Source: a virus. From it: a stretch of 52,142 bases of DNA. Below, piece by piece: positions 33,101-42,557 of this stretch. Within the stretch, counting starts at the first letter, position 1, and each line of letters begins with the position of its first letter. The stretch is taken from the IMG/VR virus record IMGVR_UViG_3300045988_100976. The stretch is one strand, 5' to 3'. The position numbers were made by a program, and so were the translations under genes. The notes beneath the pieces were generated by a model. It searched no databases, was not told the origin of the DNA, and saw only the letters and a list, made by a program, of their open reading frames with translations.

Positions 33101-33232
33101 ATGTATATACCACCTTTTTGGTGCGGTGTAGCCGCAACACTTCTGATAGAACTTGTAGCAACTATCGTCTATGCCGCCGTGGCATTCAAAAATGATGATA
33201 TCAACGATAGCAACGATAGCAGCGAGGAATAG
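33101..33232 (+). CDS. Membrane miniprotein (43 aa)
   Basis: SD is present. One TM helix and an acidic tail. Confidence 0.4.
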   Translation: MYIPPFWCGVAATLLIELVATIVYAAVAFKNDDINDSNDSSEE

Positions 33233-33235
33233 CCT

Positions 33236-33394
33236 ATGGGCGTATCGAGGAAAGTCAAGCAGAGAACAATGCTTGCAATCGGAAAAGACTGGATTTACGT
33301 GTGCGGAAATGAAACGCACGTAAAAATCAAAAATGCCAAAACAGGGCAGACAAAAACACTTGTGAATAGGAAGAAAAGGAGAAAACGAAAATGA
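33236..33394 (+). CDS. Basic miniprotein (52 aa)
   Basis: ORF in the operon with a highly basic C-terminus (NRKKRRKRK). Confidence 0.35.
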   Translation: MGVSRKVKQRTMLAIGKDWIYVCGNETHVKIKNAKTGQTKTLVNRKKRRKRK

Positions 33395-33504
33395 AAATTG
33401 TAACAGATTATAACCAGATGTCGGTTGAGGAATTACAGGTAATCGCAGATCACTTAGGTTTCGGTTTTGTGATCGACGGTGGGAAAATCGTGGAGGTAGA
33501 GTAA
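33391..33504 (+). CDS. Miniprotein (37 aa)
   Basis: ATGA overlap with the upstream ORF. Its stop abuts the GTG start of the next gene. Confidence 0.35.
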   Translation: MKIVTDYNQMSVEELQVIADHLGFGFVIDGGKIVEVE

Positions 33505-35424
33505 GTGAAGGCACTGAAAATTAAGTCAATCGAATTATCGAATTTTATGAAATTCGGGTCATTTAAGGCGGATTTTGCGGATTTTACCAAGATTTCCGGC
33601 ATGAATGCAGAGGGAAAGTCCACAATCGCAACAGCTATCTTATGGCTGCTGTTTAACTGCGACTATGATATGCACGACAATCCGGCAGTCAGAAGAACTG
33701 TAGACGGAAAGCCAGTAGATGATATGGACGTGTCTGTAACAGCCGCGTTTGACATGGACGGCAAAGAGGTAATTGCTACAAAAACGCAGAAAAGAAAGTA
33801 CGGAAAAGACGGAATTTCTTACAAAGATGATAACTCTTATGAGGTAAACGGCGTTCCGAAAACACTTACAGCATTCAATGAGTATTTTGAGATTGTGCCT
33901 AAAACAGACAAGATTTACGTTATTCTGAATGCATTTCTTGCAAAGAAGCCGGACGATATGAGAGCCGTTCTTTTTGCATTGGCTGATGGCATCACAGATC
34001 GCGATATTGCATCCGGGAATGACGAATTATCAGAACTGGTTCCACTGTTAGAGAAATACACCGCAGAAGAACTGAAAGCCATGAACAACAAAACTGTCAA
34101 AGATGGGAAAGATATTTCCACTGACAGGAAATCCAAAATTGACGGCGGCATGGAACTGATTGAGCAGAAACAGGAACTTGATCTTGCGGAAGTAGAACTG
34201 AAAAAGAAAGCACTGGAAGATCAGCTTGCAGACTGCCTTGAAAAACAGAATGCCTCAGAAAAACTACTTGGAACATATGATAAAGCAAGCTCTGACGCTC
34301 TGAAACTTAGATTTGATTTGTCTGATATGCAGAATAAGGCGAATGTGGAAATCCGAAAGGATAAGGACGATGCAAGCAAAGAACTGGCACTTGCAGGGAT
34401 TGAAGTCGGAAAACTCAACCATGAGTTAGAGCGTGTTGCTACACACATGGCTGCCATGTCAGATAAGGCAGACGCGGCAGAAGCCGGGAGAAAAGATCAG
34501 GCTGAAAAATGGAAGCAGGCAAAGGAACGCGCATTTGACGAAAACAGCCTTGTTTGCCCGTATTGCGGTCAAGAGTTGCCGCAGGACAGGAAAGAAGCCA
34601 TGATAGCTGAATTTGAAAGCCACAGGGCAGAAGAATTAAAGTCTATCGAAACAAACGGAAATCTTTTCAAAAAAACCAAAGAAGAATGCCTTGCAGAGAT
34701 CGAAGCAGACAGGGAAACAGTTGAGCGACTGGAAAAAGAGATTAGAAAAGCAGAAGAGAAGCAGGCAGAACTAAAAGAAAAGTACAATTCACTGCCTGAT
34801 TCCGTGGACGTTTCACAGACTGATGAATACAAGGAAATCGAGAAAAAAATCGCAAAATGCGAAGAAACAATGAGGCGGTTTGATTCTACAGCTGGACTGA
34901 AAGCAGAATTGAAGCAGCAGGAAAACGAGATCAGAAAACAGATTGTTGACTGCAATAGTCAATTATCGGCAGCAGACACTACAGATATCGAAAATCAGAT
35001 TTCCAAGTGGAAAGAAGAACAGAAAAATGCGGAGCAGGCTGTTGCAACAGCAGAAAAAATCCTGTATCTGCTGAAACAGCTTGATAAGTGCAAGAACGAG
35101 AAATTGACCGAAGAAGTCAACAAACATTTCTCACTGGTTAAATGGAAGCTGTTCGACTTTGCGAAGAACGGCGAATACAAGAACTGTTGTATCCCTATGG
35201 TTGACGGAAAATCGATTCTTGATATTTCCAGTAACAAAGGCAATCGAATACTTGGAAAAATTGATATTTGCAGTTCGTTTCAGAAAATCAAAGGTATTTC
35301 AATGCCGATCATTCTTGATGATGCAGAAAGCCTTGACAGCGGAAATCTGAAAACAGTATCAGAAATGGTTGAATCCCAGTTAATCGCACTGATCGTAACT
35401 GATAAAAAACTGAAAATCGAATAG
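33505..35424 (+). CDS. Rad50/SbcC-like AAA ATPase with a coiled coil and a CxxC zinc hook
   Basis: Walker A GMNAEGKST, a long E/K-rich coiled coil, a central CPYCGQ, and a C-terminal Walker B-like PIILDDAESLD. Confidence 0.75.
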   Translation: MKALKIKSIELSNFMKFGSFKADFADFTKISGMNAEGKSTIATAILWLLFNCDYDMHDNPAVRRTVDGKPVDDMDVSVTAAFDMDGKEVIATKTQKRKYGKDGISYKDDNSYEVNGVPKTLTAFNEYFEIVPKTDKIYVILNAFLAKKPDDMRAVLFALADGITDRDIASGNDELSELVPLLEKYTAEELKAMNNKTVKDGKDISTDRKSKIDGGMELIEQKQELDLAEVELKKKALEDQLADCLEKQNASEKLLGTYDKASSDALKLRFDLSDMQNKANVEIRKDKDDASKELALAGIEVGKLNHELERVATHMAAMSDKADAAEAGRKDQAEKWKQAKERAFDENSLVCPYCGQELPQDRKEAMIAEFESHRAEELKSIETNGNLFKKTKEECLAEIEADRETVERLEKEIRKAEEKQAELKEKYNSLPDSVDVSQTDEYKEIEKKIAKCEETMRRFDSTAGLKAELKQQENEIRKQIVDCNSQLSAADTTDIENQISKWKEEQKNAEQAVATAEKILYLLKQLDKCKNEKLTEEVNKHFSLVKWKLFDFAKNGEYKNCCIPMVDGKSILDISSNKGNRILGKIDICSSFQKIKGISMPIILDDAESLDSGNLKTVSEMVESQLIALIVTDKKLKIE

Positions 35425-35433
35425 GAGATCAAA

Positions 35434-35697
35434 ATGGAAATTAAAAGAGAAACCACAGTGATGGTGCTTACCACGGACGGAAAAGAAATCCGTGAAGGGA
35501 ATTACGTTGTTTTCAATGCATCGGGAAGATGCCATGCAGGTTATTTCGCCGGAATTAGCAAGAAAGGTGCTCTGATTTTTAAAAGTATTATTTATGGCAC
35601 AGATGTTACTTTTCATGTGATGCCTAAATGCATCGAAACAATTTATAAGGCTTCAATCAAATTGTCAGCAGAAAGTGAGGAAAAGAATGAGATTTAA
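35434..35697 (+). CDS. Hypothetical protein (87 aa)
   Basis: Full ORF in the operon. Confidence 0.6.
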   Translation: MEIKRETTVMVLTTDGKEIREGNYVVFNASGRCHAGYFAGISKKGALIFKSIIYGTDVTFHVMPKCIETIYKASIKLSAESEEKNEI

Positions 35698-36097
35698 AGC
35701 AGGAGACAAGGTAAGAGTAAAGAAATTTAAAGTAAGACCTTTCTATTGGAATTGCGAAGGAAAAATGGATCATCTGATGGGGAAAGTTGTAAAAATTGAA
35801 CGTACCGTAAACAGTAGATATGTAGTGCGCGATTCCCAAAATGATTGCGATTGGATTTTTAGAGATGATGATCTTGAGCCATTAAATGAAACCATCGTTA
35901 TTTATAGCAAAGAACGTGAGGTTATCGCTCTTGACAAGGCTACAGGAGATAAAGCTATCGCACGCTGTAATCCGGCGGATGAATACGATTTCCGAATTGG
36001 TGCCAAATTGGCATTTGAACGTCTCATGAACGGGAATAAAGAAAACATCACAGTTGAGGATATGCGAAAGAAGGTTAAAGTCCTATTGCGACAATAG
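35687..36097 (+). CDS. Hypothetical protein (136 aa)
   Basis: GAGGAAAAG SD. The N-terminus looks like a small beta-barrel. Confidence 0.6.
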   Translation: MRFKAGDKVRVKKFKVRPFYWNCEGKMDHLMGKVVKIERTVNSRYVVRDSQNDCDWIFRDDDLEPLNETIVIYSKEREVIALDKATGDKAIARCNPADEYDFRIGAKLAFERLMNGNKENITVEDMRKKVKVLLRQ

Positions 36098-36725
36098 ATT
36101 GTGCAGTGGTTGCAAATTAAAATCCCCAACGTGTCGTTGCGGGATAGGTGTTCATTTCATGACAAAAGACAAAGCCGGTAATTACGCAATGAGCAACAGA
36201 GAAATTGAAGATGCATTTAATATCGTATTTGGCACCGGTATTAAAGAGGTCAAACCGAAAGAGCTGCATAAATTCAAAGTTGGTGATATTGTCAAGGGGA
36301 ATTCGGAAAGTGATGAAAAGTACGCTGTTACCACTAGCAATATGACAAGGGGTAAAGTTGTCAGTGTTACAGATGCTTTTATCACGATTAAAGTATTAAG
36401 CCATAAGACCATGCCGGAAGAAGTTGGGGAAGAATATTCCGGTGTTAAATCTAAGTATTTTGACCTTGTTCAAGAAGCCCCAAAGCTTTACAACGGCAAG
36501 ATTGTTTTTACTAAAGGAGACAACATATTCAAAACCGGTCATATTTACGAGGTTAACGATGGAAGAATAAACACGGATCAGTATGGACGTGTTCCTGCAG
36601 AAGAACCCTTTAAGGATATTGAAGATGTGAAAGATTACTTTGTAGGAAAACGTGACGGAAGCAGAAAGAGAAAAAGAGGATGGTCACAGTACACTCTTGA
36701 ATTGATGGAAGTTAGGGAAGATTGA
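36054..36725 (+). CDS. Hypothetical protein, start uncertain (TTG 36054, ATG 36159, or +1 continuation of 35687..36097)
   Basis: The frame is open from 36030. A Cys cluster SYCDNRLCSGCKLKSPTCRC precedes the first ATG. Confidence 0.5.
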   Translation: MRICERRLKSYCDNRLCSGCKLKSPTCRCGIGVHFMTKDKAGNYAMSNREIEDAFNIVFGTGIKEVKPKELHKFKVGDIVKGNSESDEKYAVTTSNMTRGKVVSVTDAFITIKVLSHKTMPEEVGEEYSGVKSKYFDLVQEAPKLYNGKIVFTKGDNIFKTGHIYEVNDGRINTDQYGRVPAEEPFKDIEDVKDYFVGKRDGSRKRKRGWSQYTLELMEVRED

Positions 36726-36748
36726 CTAAAAGAAAGTGAGGAATATTT

Positions 36749-36976
36749 ATGATTTTATCCCAAAATGGAGAAGTTCAGGCACATGGTAATATAGCCGAAT
36801 TGTCAGTAGATTTATTTGTAATTCTGCGTGTGATGAGAAAAATAATAGGAGACAAATTCGTTGATATAGCATTGAAAAATTCACAACTTTCCGATGAAGA
36901 ATTTTCAGAAGAAGTTAAAAGAACGAGAGAAGCAATGAGTTGCCTTAAAAATCTTTTTAATGAGGAGGAAAAATAA
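36749..36976 (+). CDS. Hypothetical protein (75 aa)
   Basis: GAGGAAT SD, full ORF. Confidence 0.6.
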   Translation: MILSQNGEVQAHGNIAELSVDLFVILRVMRKIIGDKFVDIALKNSQLSDEEFSEEVKRTREAMSCLKNLFNEEEK

Positions 36977-36978
36977 TT

Positions 36979-38022
36979 ATGGCAGAGAATACATCGGTTT
37001 TAGATAAAAAAGCATTTACCACTTCGTTAAGCGAGTGGAGCAATACAATGACAGGACTTATCATCAACGATTACAAGTCTGTTGGAATGGATATGGACGA
37101 TTATGCTAAGGAATGTGCTATGGAAGCCATGACAAGCATTTTCAATCTTGTCAAGAGCGACCCTAAGATTGATATGAGAAACCTTGATACAAGCAATTTA
37201 AGAGGGATCGTTAAGCGCTGCGCATCTCTTAAATTGAACGCCAGTGCATATCCAAGAGAATGCTATTTCCAGTTGCGAAATGTAAAAGTTGGAACTGACC
37301 CACAGACAGGAAAGGATGTATGGCAGAAGCAGGTTGAAATGGGAATCGAGGGCAGCGGTTACGATTCATTGCTTGCTAACTATGGCAAGGATGTAAAACA
37401 GGTATATCCATATTGGGTAATTAAGGAAGGAGATGTGTATATCCCACCAAAGCACAAAGGGCTTACAGTTACAGAGCCGGAATGGGAAGAAAAAGGATTA
37501 TCTGATAAGGCTGTAAGAGTTGTATATCCTGTTAAACTGTCGGACGGAACAGTAACATATCTTTCCGCTGATAGAGATAGTGTTAAAGTAAATCTTTTAG
37601 CACATGTCAAGCAAAATATGATGAATAGCACTTTTGGCGTGTGTGAGGATAGATATAAAGCTACACAAAAGCAGAAAGCAGAGATTAAGGCTAAGAAAGA
37701 AGAAATACTTAATGCTTTAATAGCGTGTAAGACAGTTGATGAAATGCTTGAATGCGATCTTGCAAGACCATTTATCAGCGGTGCTTGGCTTGATACGCCG
37801 GAAAGCATGATTCAGAGAAAAATGTGTAACAATGCTACAAGAAAATATCCAAAGAATTATGATCCTATGGCAAGACAGGCACAGGTCGAAATGGACGAGG
37901 TATATCAAGCTGCACAGGATGAAATCGCTGAAAATGCCAACTCTGTAGATTTTCCAGAAGATGAAGCAATCGATGCAGAAGCAACCGAATCGGCAGCAGA
38001 GCCGAGTTTCTTGAAAGAGTAG
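36979..38022 (+). CDS. RecT-like single-strand annealing protein
   Basis: 347 aa. Has a GYDSLLANYGKDVKQVY..VIKEGDVY core and an acidic C-terminal tail. It sits next to the SbcC-like ATPase. Confidence 0.55.
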   Translation: MAENTSVLDKKAFTTSLSEWSNTMTGLIINDYKSVGMDMDDYAKECAMEAMTSIFNLVKSDPKIDMRNLDTSNLRGIVKRCASLKLNASAYPRECYFQLRNVKVGTDPQTGKDVWQKQVEMGIEGSGYDSLLANYGKDVKQVYPYWVIKEGDVYIPPKHKGLTVTEPEWEEKGLSDKAVRVVYPVKLSDGTVTYLSADRDSVKVNLLAHVKQNMMNSTFGVCEDRYKATQKQKAEIKAKKEEILNALIACKTVDEMLECDLARPFISGAWLDTPESMIQRKMCNNATRKYPKNYDPMARQAQVEMDEVYQAAQDEIAENANSVDFPEDEAIDAEATESAAEPSFLKE

Positions 38023-38028
38023 CGGCTT

Positions 38029-38418
38029 ATGAAAAATGGAAGCATAGAGGAAATGATTAGAGAGTTTTCTGACGGCACATATGATTTGACTTGCAATGGC
38101 GAATGCATCCAGTGTGGAAATTGTTGTAGCAACATACTTCCCATGACTAAAAATGAGATAGATGCAATCCGCAGGTACATAGCCAAGAAGCATATCAAAG
38201 AACAGAAGCACGCATATCCATTTTCGCAAGAAAGCATCGATATGACCTGCCCGTTTCTTGATAATAGCAAGCCAAAAGAGAAATGTGTAATATATGCGGT
38301 TCGCCCTCGGATATGCAGAGATTTTATCTGCTGTCCGAGCAAAAGACCGCCGATTGATGATTGGGGTTACAAATTAAAGTGTAAGACAGTTGACGTTAGA
38401 AAGGAGTTTTTTGGATGA
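38029..38418 (+). CDS. YkgJ-family cysteine-cluster protein
   Basis: CIQCGNCC ... CPFL ... C.IY..RP.ICR.F.C pattern. Confidence 0.7.
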   Translation: MKNGSIEEMIREFSDGTYDLTCNGECIQCGNCCSNILPMTKNEIDAIRRYIAKKHIKEQKHAYPFSQESIDMTCPFLDNSKPKEKCVIYAVRPRICRDFICCPSKRPPIDDWGYKLKCKTVDVRKEFFG

Positions 38419-38723
38419 GAGTAATTTCACAGGACGGAAATTTAGACTTGAATTACGAGAATATAACTATTTTAAAAGCAAAAGAAACTATAATTGCTAG
38501 ATACGGTGCGCATGATTACACATTAGCCGAATATTCTTCAAAAGGAAAAGCAATTAAGGTCATGGAAATGTTTAGGGAAAAATATGAAAATATCGAATTT
38601 TATCATCATATGGCTAATTCGCAGCGTTTTGAAGAATCGTTGAGAATTCTAAGTAACGAAAAATTCAAAGAAGCAACTAGCGAGTATTTCCAGTTTCCAC
38701 AGGATGATGAAATCGAGGTGTGA
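38415..38723 (+). CDS. Hypothetical protein (102 aa)
   Basis: Start overlaps the upstream stop. Confidence 0.6.
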   Translation: MRVISQDGNLDLNYENITILKAKETIIARYGAHDYTLAEYSSKGKAIKVMEMFREKYENIEFYHHMANSQRFEESLRILSNEKFKEATSEYFQFPQDDEIEV

Positions 38724-38965
38724 GTATGACATTATTAGAATTACAGAACATATTGGGTAAGCATATTGAAGCTATTGATCGCGAAGATATGTCGCCGGAG
38801 CAAAGAAAAGAAGAATACCAAAAGAGTGAATCGGTTGCTAGACTTGCGAAGCAGATGATTAACAATGCTGATGTTGTTCTTAGAACAGACAAGCTGATTG
38901 CTGAAGGAAAGCTATTAAAGGGAAATACAATATCCAAGATTGTCGGAAGTTCGGATAATGAGTAG
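38720..38965 (+). CDS. Hypothetical protein (81 aa)
   Basis: Start overlaps the upstream stop. Confidence 0.6.
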   Translation: MSMTLLELQNILGKHIEAIDREDMSPEQRKEEYQKSESVARLAKQMINNADVVLRTDKLIAEGKLLKGNTISKIVGSSDNE

Positions 38966-39686
38966 ATTTTACACAGAGGAGCACAGACAATGGATTTTTT
39001 GTAATCAAAAAAAATTTACAGAATATGGGGAATTGACTGCTGCTTTCAACAAACAATTCAACTGCGATAAATCGATACATGCTTTACAACAATTCGCAAC
39101 AAAAAAGTGCGGAGTTCACTTGAACACTGCAAAAACAAACACTCATTATACGCAAGAACAAGAGGATTATCTTGCTAAAAACTTTTGTAAATGTAGTGGC
39201 TATGCTGAATTAACCGCCGCCTTTAACGAGAAATTTTGCGATTGCAGAAGTGTGTCACAGATAAGCGATAAATGCTCGAAATGGTTGAAATTAACAGGCA
39301 TGAATAATGTTACAAGGTTTGCAAAGGGGAATATTAAAGAGCAATGCCAAATCGGTACATTGCGAAAAGGTCGAAACGGAACAACCTACATAAAGGTTGT
39401 TGACAGCAGAAATTCACATGCAAGTGGATATAGGGAACCTTGGTGGCTACCTATTCAGAAGAAAATATATCAAGATGCCTATGGAGAAGTGCCACAAGGC
39501 AAAATGGTTATATTTCTTAATGGCAATACAGAGGACTTGTCGATTGACAATTTATATGCGATTGACCGAAGGATATCAGCTATATTGGCTAAGAATGGTT
39601 GGTATTTTCATGACGCAGAACGTACCTTAACGGCAATTAAATGGTGTGAATTGTATTACAAACTGAAAGAAGGAAGAGTGAAATGA
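38958..39686 (+). CDS. HNH (HNH_3-type) homing-endonuclease-like protein with two N-terminal Myb/SANT-like repeats
   Basis: MVIFLNGNTEDLSIDNLYAIDRR matches the HNH_3 core. There is a duplicated YT(E/Q)E....GELTAAFN(K/E)(Q/K)F segment. Confidence 0.7.
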   Translation: MSRFYTEEHRQWIFCNQKKFTEYGELTAAFNKQFNCDKSIHALQQFATKKCGVHLNTAKTNTHYTQEQEDYLAKNFCKCSGYAELTAAFNEKFCDCRSVSQISDKCSKWLKLTGMNNVTRFAKGNIKEQCQIGTLRKGRNGTTYIKVVDSRNSHASGYREPWWLPIQKKIYQDAYGEVPQGKMVIFLNGNTEDLSIDNLYAIDRRISAILAKNGWYFHDAERTLTAIKWCELYYKLKEGRVK

Positions 39687-40413
39687 AACTTAAATGTATC
39701 GCCACAGGAAGTACAGGAAACTGCTACACCTTAACTTCCGAAAGCGGAGAAACACTTATTCTTGATTGCGGAATACCGATCAAAGAGATTAAAAAAGGCT
39801 TGAATTGGAACATAAGAGGGATAAAGGGTGTGATTATAAGTCACACCCACCTCTAGACCACAGCAAGTCATTAAACGATTTTAAGCCAATGGGAATACCG
39901 ATACTTGCACCATATTTAGGCAATAGCCGTAAATCAATGAATATGGGCGAATTTACAGTAAAACCCTTTGATTTAACAACGATAGACGGAAATTGGACAC
40001 ACACAGACGCAAATGGCGATCCTTGCCCGATATATGGCTTTCTGATTACTCACAAGGAAATTGGGAGAATACTTTACATAACTGATTGTGAACTAATCAA
40101 GTGGAAGTTTAAAGACATAAACCACATTCTCTTAGGTGTGAATTATGACAAAGATTTGGTTGATAAGGATAATGACCCAAAGGCAAGACATGTATTCAGA
40201 GGTCATTTATCCATTGACACAGCTTGCGATTTTGTTAAAGCAAATTATTCAGATAGCTTGCAGAACGTCATAATGTGTCATCTATCAAGTGAAAATTCTG
40301 ATAGAGATAGTTTTATCGAGAAGATGAAAAAAGTTGCTAAAAATGCAAATGTGGATGTTTCGGTTGCAGGGAAAAGTTGGGGTTTGAAAAATCCTAGTGA
40401 GTGTCCGTTTTAG
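39683..40413 (+). pseudogene. MBL-fold metallohydrolase interrupted by a frameshift inside the HxHxDH motif
   Basis: Frame A reads ...GVIISHTHL then TAG (39854-39856). Frame B continues DHSKSLNDF... from 39856. Removing TA at 39854-39855 restores SHTHLDHS. Confidence 0.7.
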
Positions 40414-40425
40414 AAAGGAGATTAT

Positions 40426-40584
40426 ATGTCAAGAGAAATTTGTGGAGAATGTAAGTACAACAAAAGAGATTTTTCAAAGCCACAGAATAGCGGTTATGCA
40501 GAGTTTTGTTGCGACAATGAAGATAGTGACTGTTATGGAATACCGACTATGTATAGGTTAAAAGGCGGTGGTTCTGGTGAGTAA
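40426..40584 (+). CDS. Cys-rich miniprotein (52 aa)
   Basis: AAAGGAG SD. Motifs CGEC...CCDNEDSDC. Confidence 0.55.
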   Translation: MSREICGECKYNKRDFSKPQNSGYAEFCCDNEDSDCYGIPTMYRLKGGGSGE

Positions 40585-41173
40585 ACCAAATTATAGGCAG
40601 ATATACGCAAAGAAAGCGGTTAGAGAAAATCGTATTAAGTCTATTTGCCCTAATATTCCAAACACAAGCGGAATATACGCATTTCACAGAGTGGATGAAG
40701 CCGGTATAAAAAGGTCGTACGTGGGGCAAGCAGTAAACCTTTTGGAAAGATGCGCTTCACACCTTGGAGAGTATGACCATATAGCATTAAGCCTAAAAAA
40801 ACACGGGTTTTACAGTGAGGACAATCCTTGTGGTTGGAAGTTGGATTTTAAGATTTGCCCTAAATCTGAATTAGATGAAAAGGAAGTTGCTACGATCAAG
40901 CAATTTGCTGACAAGGGATTTCAGATGTACAACGTCACAGCCGGTAGCCAAGGGCAAGGGAAGTTGGTAACAGGTCAATACAAGCAACCTAAGACCTATA
41001 CGCAGGGCATACAACAAGGATATAAAAAAGCTTCAAAAGAAGTTGCGCATTTATTTGAATTGCACCTTGATTATAAGACTAAATCTGAACCCCCTAACAA
41101 AAATCAAGAAAAAGCATTGAATAAATTTTTGGAGTTTTTAAATTATTGCAAAGGAGATTCTGGAAATGAATGA
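40568..41173 (+). CDS. GIY-YIG nuclease-domain protein
   Basis: SGIYAFHR...SYVGQAVNLLERCASH matches GIY-(10-11 aa)-YVG with a downstream R and H. Confidence 0.75.
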   Translation: MVLVSKPNYRQIYAKKAVRENRIKSICPNIPNTSGIYAFHRVDEAGIKRSYVGQAVNLLERCASHLGEYDHIALSLKKHGFYSEDNPCGWKLDFKICPKSELDEKEVATIKQFADKGFQMYNVTAGSQGQGKLVTGQYKQPKTYTQGIQQGYKKASKEVAHLFELHLDYKTKSEPPNKNQEKALNKFLEFLNYCKGDSGNE

Positions 41174-41585
41174 GATATGGAAAAGCGTTGTCGGATATGA
41201 AAATCTTTATGAGGTATCAAGTTTCGGTCGGGTCAGGAGCGTTGATAGGACAACTATTGGGAAAACAGCTTTTAGTGATGATTCTTTGTATCATTTTAAA
41301 GGAAAAATATTGAAACAAGGAAATAGGAAAACTTCTGGAATGCCTTATAAGCAGGTTGTTCTTTATAAAAACAAGGAACACAAGACTGTTGCCGTACACA
41401 GATTGGTTGCAGAGGCATTTATACCCAACCCTGATAATTTGCCTCAAGTAAATCATAAGGACGAAAATCCAAGCAATAACAATGTTAGCAACCTTGAATG
41501 GTGCACATGTAAATACAATGTGAATTACGGAAGGGCGAATATGGTAAGGGCGGTTGCTATTATCTTTGCGTTGCAAGAGGCGTGA
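41166..41585 (+). CDS. NUMOD4 plus HNH homing endonuclease
   Basis: EIWKSVVGYENLYEVSSFGRVRS is NUMOD4-like, and VAVHRLVAEAFIPNPDNLPQVNHKDENPSNNNVSNLEW is HNH_3-like. Confidence 0.85.
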   Translation: MNEIWKSVVGYENLYEVSSFGRVRSVDRTTIGKTAFSDDSLYHFKGKILKQGNRKTSGMPYKQVVLYKNKEHKTVAVHRLVAEAFIPNPDNLPQVNHKDENPSNNNVSNLEWCTCKYNVNYGRANMVRAVAIIFALQEA

Positions 41586-41770
41586 AAATGCTTTTTGTGA
41601 GTAATGTGCTTTTTGATGTTAATGATTGGAGAGATAATGACCCAAGAATACACAAGGACGCAAATTGCCGATACAGAGACCGCAGGACATATCTTGATAT
41701 TATTTATGAGTTAATCAAGGCAGATATGCTTATAAGTGATTGTGTGAAAGCAGGTGAAAACAATCAATAA
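41582..41770 (+). CDS. Hypothetical protein (60-62 aa)
   Basis: GTG 41582 or ATG 41588, overlapping the upstream stop. Confidence 0.45.
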   Translation: MKMLFVSNVLFDVNDWRDNDPRIHKDANCRYRDRRTYLDIIYELIKADMLISDCVKAGENNQ

Positions 41771-41942
41771 ATATTATGACTGCCATTGTTGGAACGATTA
41801 TCCGAACGAGAATCATAAATACTATGGGTGTTCAGATACGCCGAAAAAGAGTGGCAAATGGAAATGTGTTGATCGCTACGAATATGTTGGAAAATCTAAA
41901 TTCGGTGCAACGCATTGTAGGAAGAAAATAAAGGAGTGGTAA
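41754..41942 (+). CDS. Cys/His-rich miniprotein (62 aa, GTG start)
   Basis: Full ORF in the operon. Confidence 0.45.
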   Translation: MKTINKYYDCHCWNDYPNENHKYYGCSDTPKKSGKWKCVDRYEYVGKSKFGATHCRKKIKEW

Positions 41943-41944
41943 TA

Positions 41945-42292
41945 ATGACGATTGATGAAACGATACAAAAAGCGAGAAATAATGAAAACATTTTCAAAAA
42001 CAATCATAAGCTTAATTTAACATTAAAAAAGAGAAGCCCATACTATGGATTGGACTGCCTTAAAATTTCAGAAGATAACAAACATTTAGCTGAATGGTTA
42101 GAGGAATTGAAATCGTACAGGGAAAACGAGGGAATGTCAGAAAATGTGTATAGATCTGGCTATAAATTTGGCTACAACAAAGCTATTGACGACACTATAA
42201 AATCTATCAAAGAAGAATATGCCTTTACAATCTTGGAAGAAGAAAAGATTGATGAAATAGCCAAACAGTTGAAGGGGAGCGAAGCAAAATGA
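41945..42292 (+). CDS. Hypothetical protein (115 aa)
   Basis: AAGGAG SD upstream of ATG 41945. Confidence 0.6.
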   Translation: MTIDETIQKARNNENIFKNNHKLNLTLKKRSPYYGLDCLKISEDNKHLAEWLEELKSYRENEGMSENVYRSGYKFGYNKAIDDTIKSIKEEYAFTILEEEKIDEIAKQLKGSEAK

Positions 42293-42492
42293 AGATTTTA
42301 AGTAAAAAGAAATGCGAAGAAATTTTGAAAAGAATTACCGCAAACGAAATCATTCAGACAGAGTACGGACTGCACGATATGGAAGCAGAAACAAAAGCAA
42401 CGGAAAATAGAGCAGAGATAGCTTTTATTGTCGGTGGTATCAAGGGAATAAATAAGGTGCAGAACACATTAAGAAACAGATACAAAAACTAA
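42289..42492 (+). CDS. Hypothetical protein (67 aa)
   Basis: ATGA overlap with the upstream gene. Confidence 0.55.
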   Translation: MKILSKKKCEEILKRITANEIIQTEYGLHDMEAETKATENRAEIAFIVGGIKGINKVQNTLRNRYKN

Positions 42493-42557
42493 CTAAAAAT
42501 CAAAGAAAGGAATAAGGTTGTCCGGACATAAAACCTAGGTTTCCTTTTGGTAGATTT

